Assembly: GCA_965205865.1 (NCBI GenBank)
Contig: CBDBHR010000030.1
Location: 1,280,001 to 1,344,000, forward strand
Direction of reading: 5' to 3'
Source: a bacterium
Lineage (GTDB): Bacteria; SAR324; NAC60-12
Length of the DNA: 64,000 bases
Shown here: one piece after another, positions 54,011 through 63,159 of the stretch
Numbering within the stretch: the stretch's first letter is position 1
Layout of the letters: each line of letters opens with the position of its first letter
Translations under genes and position numbers: made by a program
The notes under the pieces: model-generated
What the model was told of the DNA's origin: nothing
The model's input: the letters and a program-made list of their open reading frames with translations, nothing else
Database searches by the model: none

Positions 54011-54327
54011 AAATCGGGTCGCACCAAATTATTTTCCGGATCTTTCAACCGATAGCGTTTCTTCGCTTCGAACAGCCAATGACACCAAGTCTGTTTGTCT
54101 TTAGCAAACTTCAGTAAGAACGCTCGTTTGTGGCAACGATGGGTCAAATGCCAAACATAACCGGGAAGGAAGATACGATGTGCTCTGGCCATTTTGTTGG
54201 TTGATTTCTTTAAAAGGTGCTTTTGACCCACAAAAAGAAGGCTCTAAGAGCCAATATTCGCTTATATTTTTTAAAATATATAATCATAACAATGGAGTAA
54301 AGAAAATAATTTGGTGCGACCCGATTT
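54011..54327 (-). mobile_element. 317-bp RAYT family A miniature element with perfect 26-bp TIRs
   Basis: aaatcgggtcgcaccaaattattttc and its complement; encodes MARAHRIFLPGYVWHLTHRCH... truncated. Confidence 0.88.
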
Positions 54328-54330
54328 CAG

Positions 54331-54887
54331 TAGTTCGGGCGATTTGCCACCGATAACCGGGAAAAACAAGGTCTGGGAAAACCGGAAAGTTTCGACTTTT
54401 TAGGATTTACTCATGTCTGTGACACTCGGATAAAGGATGGAAAATTCAAGCTCACCCGTCTCACTATTTCCAAAAGGTTGCGAAAGAAGCTCAAAGAGAT
54501 CAAACTTGAAGCGAAACGCAAACGTCATGAAAATGCGCATGAACAAGGAAAATGGCTCAGGTCTGTTTTAAATGGTCTGTACAACTACTATGGAGTCCCC
54601 GGCAACAGGAGTTCCTTGAATGCTTTTCGCACGGAAATCCATCGGATGTGGTTCAAATCACTAAGACGGAGGAGTCACAAAGCAAAGAGGATGAACTGGG
54701 AACGCTTCAAAGTACTGATCAAACTACACATTCCTTCTGTAAGGATAACCCACCCGTATCCGAATCAACGTTTGAGCGTCTGACTCGAAGCAGGAGCCGG
54801 ATGCGTTAGCAGCGCACGTCCGGATCTGTACCGGAGGAATGATGAATGGTGACTGAAAGTCACTATAAATCAGTTCTTTACGGTGAC
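54331..54887 (+). mobile_element. Group II intron 3' half: RT domain 7/maturase X fragment plus ribozyme DV-DVI
   Basis: FGRFA...FDFLGFTH, L.G.YNYYGVPGN, HPYP; DV gagccggatgcgttagcagcgcacgtccggatct; DVI ending ...cggtgac. Confidence 0.9.
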
Positions 54888-55200
54888 TATTTTTTGGTAT
54901 TTGGACGTCCTTGACCCCGGCATTCCACTCTCACGTCTATTTATTTTCGACTTGATCGACAAACCGCACGGTCCCTGTCAACTGCCCTCGTTGAAGAGCC
55001 TGAGGGATTTGTGTCAGATCTTTTTGCTTCTCGGATTGTTGAACAAATTGCCGATACCTTCGTTGCCGAGTTGGTAATGTTTTTCCTAAACTTTTGGAAA
55101 ATGGATCCGGATCAATGAGTTTTTTTTTCACTAACCCGATTTTCTCCTGAAAACTGGACCATTCATATTCTTCAGGAAAAAGAACCATTTTCGCCCGAAC
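54888..55200 (-). pseudogene. RAYT family B C-terminal fragment
   Basis: VRAKMVLFPEEYEWSS...RGQLTG; homologous to 42111-42337. Confidence 0.82.
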
Positions 55201-55225
55201 AGTAAAGAAAGGAGGGGTCAGTAAA

Positions 55226-55323
55226 GGGGTCAAGTCTTGATTTTTGAAAAAGATTAATGTCAAAGGAGGGCTCAAGTCTTGACTTTTGAAAAAGATTAAT
55301 GTCAAAAGTCAAGACTTGACCCC
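55226..55323. repeat. GGGGTCAAGTCTTGA...TCAAGACTTGACCCC palindromic unit with internal tandem duplication
   Basis: Directly visible IR and a ~42-bp duplicated subunit. Confidence 0.75.
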
Positions 55324-55424
55324 GTTTCGAAGAGGAAAACGAGAAGGTTCAGCGGAATGATTTGGTAGAAATTCAGGAGAATTTCTATATTGGGAAAGCA
55401 TCACATAGATCGAAAAGTAAGACA

Positions 55425-55540
55425 ATGAGCAAACAACTATCTACCAACCAAGAGTATCAACAATGGCTGAAAAAAATTAAGACCAAAGTTCACAATAGCC
55501 AAATCAAAGCAGTCGTTTTAGTAAACCAAGAACTTGATAG
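55425..55540 (+). pseudogene. DUF1016/YhcG N-terminal stub
   Basis: EYQQWLKKIKTKVHNSQIKAVVLVNQEL. Confidence 0.7.
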
Positions 55541-55570
55541 CAAAACGTTTAGGTTTGGTGAATGGCGTGA

Positions 55571-55908
55571 TTGGGGTCGGACCAGATTATTTTCTGTCTT
55601 GGCGTTGAGAGGGTTGATACCATGCTTTTCGGATGAGCGTTTCATGATTTTGTCGAAATTCCTCCAAAGCCCCAGTTTGTTTGTCTTTGGCAAACTTGAG
55701 TAAAAAGGTGCACTGGTGGCAGCGATGGGTCCCATGCCAGAGAGAGCCAGGAAGGAATAGACGGTTTGCTCTCGCCATTTTATCAATTTTCTTAAACGCT
55801 CCTTTTGCACCTCAAAAAGTGAAGGCTAAGCGCCATTTTTAGCTTATTGTTTTGAAAATATCTATGGAGAACAATGCTATAGAAAAAATAATCCGGTGCG
55901 ACCCGATT
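55571..55908 (-). mobile_element. RAYT family A miniature element (internal deletion) with imperfect TIRs
   Basis: ggggtcggaccagattatttt ... aaaataatccggtgcgacccg; MARANRLFLPG..THRCH..KDKQT|LEEFRQNHE. Confidence 0.85.
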
Positions 55909-56136
55909 ACATACTCGACCTGTGACACGCGCGAACGTATCTGCCGCATAACCCGCACTACGTTCATCGCGCATCAACACGTGTTGGATTCGCCCCTTGT
56001 ATTTGCTGATACCCTCGTATAAAGGCAGAGTTTGGCCGCCTGGCACACCGAACACATACTCAACACCATTTTCTACCAGTAGTTCAGCCAGCCTCTCCCC
56101 AACTCGTTTTCCTTTTTTACTCAACATTTCATCCAT
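55909..56136 (-). pseudogene. ThDP-binding enzyme N-terminal fragment, truncated at the RAYT end
   Basis: GVEYVFGVPGGQTL, RDERSAGYAAD..ARVTG. Confidence 0.85.
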
Positions 56137-56230
56137 TTCTGTTTTTCGTTAAAGTTTGATCAAAAATCCCTTTTCCTCGTACTGCCTTTGAAATAAGGCG
56201 GGAGCGCAGTGCTCCATAATCCGGTTTTAC

Positions 56231-56390
56231 CTAATCCCATGTTTCTCGAAACTGTATTGCCTTCTCCGGATCAAAATCGTCCGGGCGCTGAACTATTTCC
56301 ATAATAATGCCTCCGGTCTTATCAGTACCCAAATAGGCCATTCCTCCGCCACCGACAAATCTGTCTTCCTGAAGAACATCGATCCCCGCT
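56231..56390 (-). pseudogene. VOC/glyoxalase-like C-terminal fragment
   Basis: GIDVLQE.RFVGGGGMAYLGTDKTGGIIMEIVQ. Confidence 0.6.
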
Positions 56391-56411
56391 TATCGCTGAC
56401 GGACTACACGC

Positions 56412-57404
56412 TCAGGAATACAGGTGACAGACGACCTTGTGTCCCGGAGTAGGCTCGATCATCTGAGGATCGAGGACGCTACAAGGTTTGAAAACCGCCG
56501 GACAGCGGGGATGGAAGTGGCAGCCCGGAGGCGGGTTATCCGGCGATGGCACCTCGCCCGTCAGAATGATCTCCTCCCTTTCGATATCCGGGTGCGACGG
56601 TAGCGCCGCCGACATTAGGGCGCGGGTATACGGGTGCAGGGGGTTCTCAAAAAGTTCCTCCGTGTCCGCCTCCTCGACTAGGCGGCCCAGATACATGACC
56701 CCTATCCTGTCGCACATGTACCGCACGGTGGCCAGGTTGTGGGCTATGAGCAGGTAGCTGAGGTCATATTCCTCTTGCAGGTCTTTCAAGAGGTTCATTA
56801 TCTGTGCGCGGATGGAGACATCCAGCCCCGAGACCGGCTCATCTAGCACAACGACCTTAGGATTGAGGGCCAGCGCCCTCGCCATTGCGATCCTCTGGCG
56901 TTGACCGCCGCTGAACTCGTGAGGATAGAAATTTGCATGGTAGGCCTGGAGGCCGACCTCTTCCAGCACCTCACTCACCCTTCCATGGATCTTCTCCTTG
57001 GTCATCGTGGTGTTAATCTCCAATGGCTCGCCGATGATGTCTCTCACCCGCATACGGGGATTCAGCGAGGCCCACGGGTCCTGGAATACGGCCTGTACCG
57101 ATGATTTGTACAGCCTGGTCCCCTCCCGGTCCAGATTCAACGCATCAAGTTCTTCGAACTGGATGCCTCCGTCCGTCGGTTCCTCCAGGAGGAGTACCAT
57201 CTTTGCCGTGGTGGTCTTGCCGCATCCCGACTCGCCTACGAGCCCGTATGTCTCGCCCTCCCGGATGATGAACGAGACACCGTCCACTGCCCTGAGGAAG
57301 GCCCGGCTGCGTTTGATGAACCCACCGGTGACTGGGAAGTGCTTCTTCAGGTTACTCACCTGAAGAAGGTTCGATCCGTTTTCATTCCTGCCGTTGTCGG
57401 ACAT
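56412..57404 (-). CDS. Oligopeptide/dipeptide ABC ATPase (OppF/DppF-like)
   Basis: GESGCGKT, FSGGQRQR, HPYT, GCHFHPRC. Confidence 0.93.
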   Translation of the reverse strand: MSDNGRNENGSNLLQVSNLKKHFPVTGGFIKRSRAFLRAVDGVSFIIREGETYGLVGESGCGKTTTAKMVLLLEEPTDGGIQFEELDALNLDREGTRLYKSSVQAVFQDPWASLNPRMRVRDIIGEPLEINTTMTKEKIHGRVSEVLEEVGLQAYHANFYPHEFSGGQRQRIAMARALALNPKVVVLDEPVSGLDVSIRAQIMNLLKDLQEEYDLSYLLIAHNLATVRYMCDRIGVMYLGRLVEEADTEELFENPLHPYTRALMSAALPSHPDIEREEIILTGEVPSPDNPPPGCHFHPRCPAVFKPCSVLDPQMIEPTPGHKVVCHLYS

Positions 57405-57407
57405 AGC

Positions 57408-58397
57408 TTAGCTCTCTCGTAGCCAGCAGGCAGCCACGTGCCTGTCTCCGACTGTCACAAGAGGAGGGTACTCCTCGTGACAGGGCTCATGTACATAAGG
57501 ACATCGAGGTGCGAAGGAGCACCCACCGGGCAGGTCCCACAGGGCTGGAGGCTGACCTTCTATGGCGTAAAGTCGCTCGACTTTCTCTTCGAGCTTAGGG
57601 ACCGAGTTGATCAGAGCCTCCGTGTATGGATGTGACGGGCTGTCGAAGATCTGCCGTACGTCCCCTTGCTCCACGATTCGCCCCGCATACATCACTGCCA
57701 CCCGGTCGCACATCTTGGCCACGATCCCAAAGTCATGGGTGATGAACACTAACGCAGTGCCCGTCTGCTGCTGGAGGTCTTTCAGCAACCGGAGATATTG
57801 GGCCTGGATCGTGGCGTCGAGAGATGTGGTGGGCTCGTCGGCTATCAGGACCAACGGATCGCAAGAGATGCCTATGGCCCCTACAACCCGTTGCCTCATG
57901 CCCCCGCTTAGCTGGTGCGGATAGTCCCGCATGCGAATCTCCGGTGCGGGTATCCTTACCCTGCGCAGCATCTCTACGACCTGATCCTTCAGATCCCGAG
58001 CCCGTAGCCCTTTGTGTATCCTCATCGCTTCGCCGGTCTGGTTTTCGATATCGAACACCGGATTCAGGGCCGTCATGGGGTCCTGGAGGATCATGGCGAT
58101 CTTGTCGCCACGTATCCGTGCCATCTTGCTTTCGTCGGCCTGGAGAATGTCTTCCCCTTCCAGTAAAACCCGCCCACCGACGATCCGTCCCGGTGGCGAC
58201 GGTACGAGCTGCATGATGGACAGCGCTGTAACCGACTTACCACAGCCCGACTCGCCGACAAGCCCCAGCGTCTCACCGGCGTGGACCTGGAAGCTGACGC
58301 CGTCAACCGCCTTGACATGGCCCCACCTTGTGATGAAATGGGTGCGTAGCTCCTCGACCTCGAGAACCACCAGCTCGTTTCCGTGTCCTCCTACCAT
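57408..58397 (-). CDS. Oligopeptide/dipeptide ABC ATPase (OppD/DppD-like)
   Basis: GESGCGKS, LSGGMRQR, GCSFAPRC. Confidence 0.93.
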   Translation of the reverse strand: MVGGHGNELVVLEVEELRTHFITRWGHVKAVDGVSFQVHAGETLGLVGESGCGKSVTALSIMQLVPSPPGRIVGGRVLLEGEDILQADESKMARIRGDKIAMILQDPMTALNPVFDIENQTGEAMRIHKGLRARDLKDQVVEMLRRVRIPAPEIRMRDYPHQLSGGMRQRVVGAIGISCDPLVLIADEPTTSLDATIQAQYLRLLKDLQQQTGTALVFITHDFGIVAKMCDRVAVMYAGRIVEQGDVRQIFDSPSHPYTEALINSVPKLEEKVERLYAIEGQPPALWDLPGGCSFAPRCPYVHEPCHEEYPPLVTVGDRHVAACWLRES

Positions 58398-58617
58398 GTC
58401 TCGAATACTCTCCTCCCAGGTTGTAAGTTCTCAATAAATCCGAGTACTGATAAAAAATTGTAATGGACAAACCTAAAAACTAAAGATTTGTGTTAATGAA
58501 TCCAATAAGAAGTATCATGGCTTGAAAACATTCCCCTTGTGTCCATGAGTATGTCCAAGATGAAACGTTCAAAAATAAAGATACCAGATATAATCGAAAC
58601 CTTCATTCACCCATAGA

Positions 58618-59535
58618 TCATAGCTGTCTTAGCCGGGGGTCCAGCTTGTCCCTCAGCCAATCTCCAAGGAAGTTGAAGGCAAACACAGTCAGAAATATGG
58701 CCGCTCCCGGGAAGAAGGCGATCCACCAGGCGCTCCCCAGATAGGAGCGCCCATCCGACACCATGGACCCCCAGGCGGGGGTAGGAGGTGGGATGCCAGC
58801 CCCAAGATAAGAGAGTATCGCTTCGGTGAGGATAATGCTCCCGACCTGAAGAGTGGCTATCACCATGACGGTATTAAGGACGCCCGGAAAGAGATTTCTA
58901 ACAAAGATCCTTAACACCGAAGCGCCTGCAACTCTCGCCAGAGCCACATAGTCTTCATTCTTGAGTTGAAGGGTTTCACCTCGTACCTGACGGGCAAAAG
59001 TGCTCCAGGAATTGACCGCGAGGATTCCCACAAGAATGGCAAAGCTCTGTCCCACGACCACCACGATAACCAGCGCTATCAATATCAACGGTATAGCCAA
59101 CTTCACGTCTATGACGCGCATTATCAGTTCATCCGTCCAGCCGCCGAAGTAGCCGGAGATCATCCCGAGGATAATGCCAACAATACCGCCAATGCCCAAA
59201 GCGACTGCCGACACAATCAAGGATATTCTGGCTCCAAAGATCACGCGGCTAAGTATGTCGCGTCCCTGGTGGTCGGTGCCAAGAAGGAATTCGCTGGTAC
59301 CATCCCTGTACCATACAGGCGGGGTATTGCGGACCGCCAAGGAGGCAGCTTCCGGATCGTGAGGTGCGATAAGCGGTGCGAACACGCCGCAAACTACAAG
59401 AAGCGCCAGGATAGCGACTGAAACTACGGGCAATCGGCGCATGAAGTTGTAGCCCTTGTCAAACAAAGCTCCCATTCCGCCCGCAATTTTCTGAGTATTT
59501 TGCCTCGCCCATCCTGTCTCCCGGGTCTCGTTCAT
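58618..59535 (-). CDS. ABC permease (OppC/DppC-like)
   Basis: LGTDHQGRD, EAILSYLG, GDWLRDKLDPR. Confidence 0.92.
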   Translation of the reverse strand: MNETRETGWARQNTQKIAGGMGALFDKGYNFMRRLPVVSVAILALLVVCGVFAPLIAPHDPEAASLAVRNTPPVWYRDGTSEFLLGTDHQGRDILSRVIFGARISLIVSAVALGIGGIVGIILGMISGYFGGWTDELIMRVIDVKLAIPLILIALVIVVVVGQSFAILVGILAVNSWSTFARQVRGETLQLKNEDYVALARVAGASVLRIFVRNLFPGVLNTVMVIATLQVGSIILTEAILSYLGAGIPPPTPAWGSMVSDGRSYLGSAWWIAFFPGAAIFLTVFAFNFLGDWLRDKLDPRLRQL

Positions 59536-59698
59536 ATTTGTTACCTCTACATTTCATTAAGCCAATGGCGCAATCCCTCGTCAGATGTCCAAGATCAAAC
59601 TCCACCCCTCCAAGCATCCGGGACGGGGACGAAGGCTGACCGGGCGTGGCAATTGTCTGACAGCCTGCATGCTGTAACCTTTGCCGCAATTCCTCGAT

Positions 59699-60616
59699 CT
59701 AGCTGTATCGGATCCTCGGGTCTATGAAGACATAAGCCACATCCACCACAAAATTAAGACTTACGTACCCGAAGGTAATCACGAGGATAGTGCCGGCAAG
59801 AAGCGGGAAATCGTTTTGGTAAACGGCCTCAATGGCCAGACTTCCCAATCCAGGCCAGGCAAAAACTGTTTCAGTCACCACTGCGCCGGCCACCCAGCTT
59901 GCCAGAACTACTCCAGCATAGGTAAGTGGAGGTATGGTCGCGTTCTTCATGGCATGTTTCCAGATCACCGCAACCCTACCTACGCCCTTAGACCTGGCGA
60001 ACTTGATGTATTCCGAGTCCAAGGTGTTGAGCATTGCTGAACGTACGAGACGCAGCTGCCCGGCGGCTGCCAGCCAACCAAGGGTTACGGCGGGCAGTAT
60101 CAAATGCTCCAGCCCACCCCGTCGCCCAGCGGGTAACCACTCAAGCTGGACCGCAAAGACGAGCATCAGCATGATACCCAGCCAAAACGGTGGCAGTGCT
60201 TGGCCAATGAGCGCAAACGTGCGCCCGGACAAGTCCCAAAAGGTGCCTCTCTTTACAGCGGAGAGTACCCCCAAAGGCCACCCCACCACGAGGGCGAATA
60301 TCCAAGCTGCCAGCGCCAATTCGAGGCTGGCTGGAATACGCTCGGCCACAGCTGTCGTCACGGGACGCTGCTCGCGAAGGGAGGTGCCCAAATCCCCCTG
60401 GACCGTTTTGCCAAGCCAAACGAGATACTGCACCAGCAGGGGCCTGTCCAGTCCCATCTCAAGCCCCCACTCGTCCCACTGCTCTTGTGTGGTGTACTCG
60501 TTGAGGTAAAGGAGGCGCGGGTCCCCCTGAAGGCGGGACATGACAAACACCAGGCTGGTCACCACCAACATGGTCAACAGCATGAGGATAAACCGTCTCA
60601 CCAGGAACTGTCGCAT
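59699..60616 (-). CDS. ABC permease (OppB/DppB-like)
   Basis: GDLGTSL, RLVRSAML..L..EYIKFARSKG. Confidence 0.92.
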   Translation of the reverse strand: MRQFLVRRFILMLLTMLVVTSLVFVMSRLQGDPRLLYLNEYTTQEQWDEWGLEMGLDRPLLVQYLVWLGKTVQGDLGTSLREQRPVTTAVAERIPASLELALAAWIFALVVGWPLGVLSAVKRGTFWDLSGRTFALIGQALPPFWLGIMLMLVFAVQLEWLPAGRRGGLEHLILPAVTLGWLAAAGQLRLVRSAMLNTLDSEYIKFARSKGVGRVAVIWKHAMKNATIPPLTYAGVVLASWVAGAVVTETVFAWPGLGSLAIEAVYQNDFPLLAGTILVITFGYVSLNFVVDVAYVFIDPRIRYS

Positions 60617-60689
60617 CTTGTCTCACCTTTTGTGTAAAGCGCGAACTCGATGTCTTCACGATTGTACGAAATTTCCCCTCAGGCTCACT

Positions 60690-62357
60690 CTATGGGCCGG
60701 GGACGATATACTCCAGTCTCGACGGGTATAGCGAATTATGGAGGGGCATATCCCACTCCTTCACCTTGGGTCCTGCCGCCCAGGGGGTCCACCAGCTAAC
60801 TGTTGGAATGGCAACCATTTCGTGTTGGGCCCACTGCAAGAACTCGACGGCCACTGCCCAGGCTTCTTTATCATCGACCTTAGAGACACCTCTTCTAAAG
60901 AATTCCCGAGCTTTCGGGTATTCGATGCCCGGATTCCAGACGCCCATATCGGTGATCCCCTGCATGTCGAAAACCGCGTCTGGTGCCGTGTCGGCGCCCG
61001 TTCCCCAGGGCCCCATCCACATGTCCTTGATGGTACGGGAGACCATAGTCGGCCTGCGAGCTGAGTAGGCCGCCTTCTCTACCTTCGGTCGGAGGCCGAC
61101 AGCCTGGAACATGCCTATCAGCGCTTCCGCCACTGCTGCCCGCTCCGTACCGAACTGCGTAGGGATGAAGTAGGTGAAGTCAAACCCATTGGGGTACCCG
61201 GCTTCAGTTAAGTACTGCTTTGCCTTCTCAACATCGTAGGGGAAGTCCCAGCTCTTCTGATAGCTAGGGTGGCAATCGGTAATGAAAACTACGTGTTGAA
61301 CACAGCCTTGACCCGCCAATATTGCCTTATTGATTAACTCGCGGTCGATGGCCATGGCCATGGCCCACCGCACCTTGCGGGCTGCTTCCATGGAGTCGGG
61401 ATCATTAGGATCGCCTATCCAGGGCAACGTGGTGTCCAACGCGCGATCTACGGGAGTTCCGTCTTCCTTGGTCTTGGCGTAATACTGACCCGCAGGGGTG
61501 AGGACAGCACTTTCCTTACCTCGCGTTCTGCCTTTCCACAGCTTGACCCCCTCAATATCCACATATTGGTCAATGACCGGCAAGCTCGCAGCAGAAATGT
61601 CGGCTTTACCGGTTTTTAGCATGGCGATCCGCGTGGCCTCCTCCGGAACGTCCAATACCATGACAGTGGCGAAGGCCGGGGTTTGGCGCCAATGGTCGGG
61701 CACGGCCTCCAGCCGGATGAAATCATCGGCCTTGTGCTCTGCCACTTTAAAGGGACCGGTGCCCACGGCGTTGAGAGTCTGCCAATTTTGACCTTTCTCG
61801 TCGAAGGCTCGCTTGCTGGTGATAAACGCCGTGTGACCACCGTACCGGGAATTGATAGACCATCGGACCGTAGGGACGGCCAACTCCATGCGCACGGTCT
61901 CTGCGTCCAGGGCCTCTATTTTGGTATAGTCGGTCTTGATGGTTCCACCTGCAGGATTCACCGTGCCTTTTGCCATGGTCTCTTGGTAACTGAAGACTAT
62001 GTCGTACGCCGTCAGTTTGCCCCAGCCATCATGGAAAGACACGTCCTTCCTAATCTTGTAGGTGACAGCTTTAGGCGTTATCTCCCACGAATCGGCAAGC
62101 ATGGGCAACAAATTAACGCCATCGAAGTCCATCAGGGTTTCGAAGGTACCCAGTGCTTCGTTACGAACGTTATAGGGATATGACGCATTTTTCAGATTGT
62201 ACTGAGGTGGTCCCACATCGGCGAGGGCCACCACCAGTTCACCCTGGGGCTTCACCGGCTCAGCTGCCCAGACCTGGCTAGCCATGAAAACTGCCACGCC
62301 CATCATGAAGGCCAGCAGGGTTACGCTCAATTTTGAGCTTCTTTTTTGATTAAACAT
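60690..62357 (-). CDS. ABC transporter substrate-binding protein, family 5
   Basis: Signal peptide MFNQKRS..., LADSWE, VGTGPF, VRWAMAMAIDR; an alternative in-frame ATG lies at 62459. Confidence 0.9.
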   Translation of the reverse strand: MFNQKRSSKLSVTLLAFMMGVAVFMASQVWAAEPVKPQGELVVALADVGPPQYNLKNASYPYNVRNEALGTFETLMDFDGVNLLPMLADSWEITPKAVTYKIRKDVSFHDGWGKLTAYDIVFSYQETMAKGTVNPAGGTIKTDYTKIEALDAETVRMELAVPTVRWSINSRYGGHTAFITSKRAFDEKGQNWQTLNAVGTGPFKVAEHKADDFIRLEAVPDHWRQTPAFATVMVLDVPEEATRIAMLKTGKADISAASLPVIDQYVDIEGVKLWKGRTRGKESAVLTPAGQYYAKTKEDGTPVDRALDTTLPWIGDPNDPDSMEAARKVRWAMAMAIDRELINKAILAGQGCVQHVVFITDCHPSYQKSWDFPYDVEKAKQYLTEAGYPNGFDFTYFIPTQFGTERAAVAEALIGMFQAVGLRPKVEKAAYSARRPTMVSRTIKDMWMGPWGTGADTAPDAVFDMQGITDMGVWNPGIEYPKAREFFRRGVSKVDDKEAWAVAVEFLQWAQHEMVAIPTVSWWTPWAAGPKVKEWDMPLHNSLYPSRLEYIVPGP

Positions 62358-62488
62358 CTTTTTCCTTTCGCATGGATGTTCAAAATTAAGGATTGCTTTA
62401 AAACCTGCTTTGATTCCCGAAAGCACGTTCTCGACGATTTCTCTAATTATAAATTTCATTTTGACCTTTATTGTTATTTAGTTTGAAG
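62281..62488 (-). promoter_or_regulatory. 208-bp leader + signal-peptide cassette, copy 2
   Basis: Gap-free match to 50749-50956. Confidence 0.85.
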
Positions 62489-62519
62489 GTAACTATTCAG
62501 GTCTCTGAAAAACCCGTTT

Positions 62520-63105
62520 AGTTATATATCGTTTAAAAAAGATTCCCGAGAAGGATCCGTCACTTCACTTCCTCCCGCACCTATTTTGAATCGAACGGGC
62601 GGGAACCCAAGATTTTGTTCAATCGATCGATCGGGGACCCTCATTTTTCACTAAAACAACTCAGTGAAGGCACGATCCTAGCACAACAACAACAACGCAA
62701 TGTCAACCCCCTGCTGTAAAATAAATGCGGGATTCGCAAAAAAAATAAAAAATCTATAAATCAGGGAGATCCGCTCCTTTATGATATGGATAAAGCAAAA
62801 GGAGCTATTGGGGAACAAATACGGAAGATTAAAAAATTTCCTTTAGGAACAAACCTTAAATAACCTGTAATTATTCCAATGGTGTGAGCAAAATTGGGGG
62901 ACATGTACAGCGCAGCAAGTCAGGATCAGGAAAATTGCGCAACAATGGTGATCAGCTATAAAAAAATATTTAGCGGTCCATCTTCGGCATGAGCCAAAAA
63001 GCGGATGTTCGCTCCACAATCCAGCGTTTTTTCCAACGGTGATAATGATCGTAAACGCTTTGCCAGGAAGGTAAATCATGGGCAAGCATGCTCCACTGAC
63101 AACCC
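62520..63105 (-). repeat. Repeat family F inverted copy (deleted IS5 + non-coding tail)
   Basis: Reverse complement matches ~24952-25590 and 30123-30568. Confidence 0.8.
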
Positions 63106-63159
63106 AGAACAGAAAGGATTATTTGAAAGAATTAGAAGAAGAGGAAAAGAAATAAGTAG

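Noticed and set aside
54331-54783. RT fragment as a retron, DGR or defence RT
   Set aside because: The maturase X domain and canonical DV/DVI directly follow, so it is a group II intron.
55792-56136. 114-aa ORF as a complete small protein
   Set aside because: It is a truncated ThDP enzyme reading through into the RAYT end.
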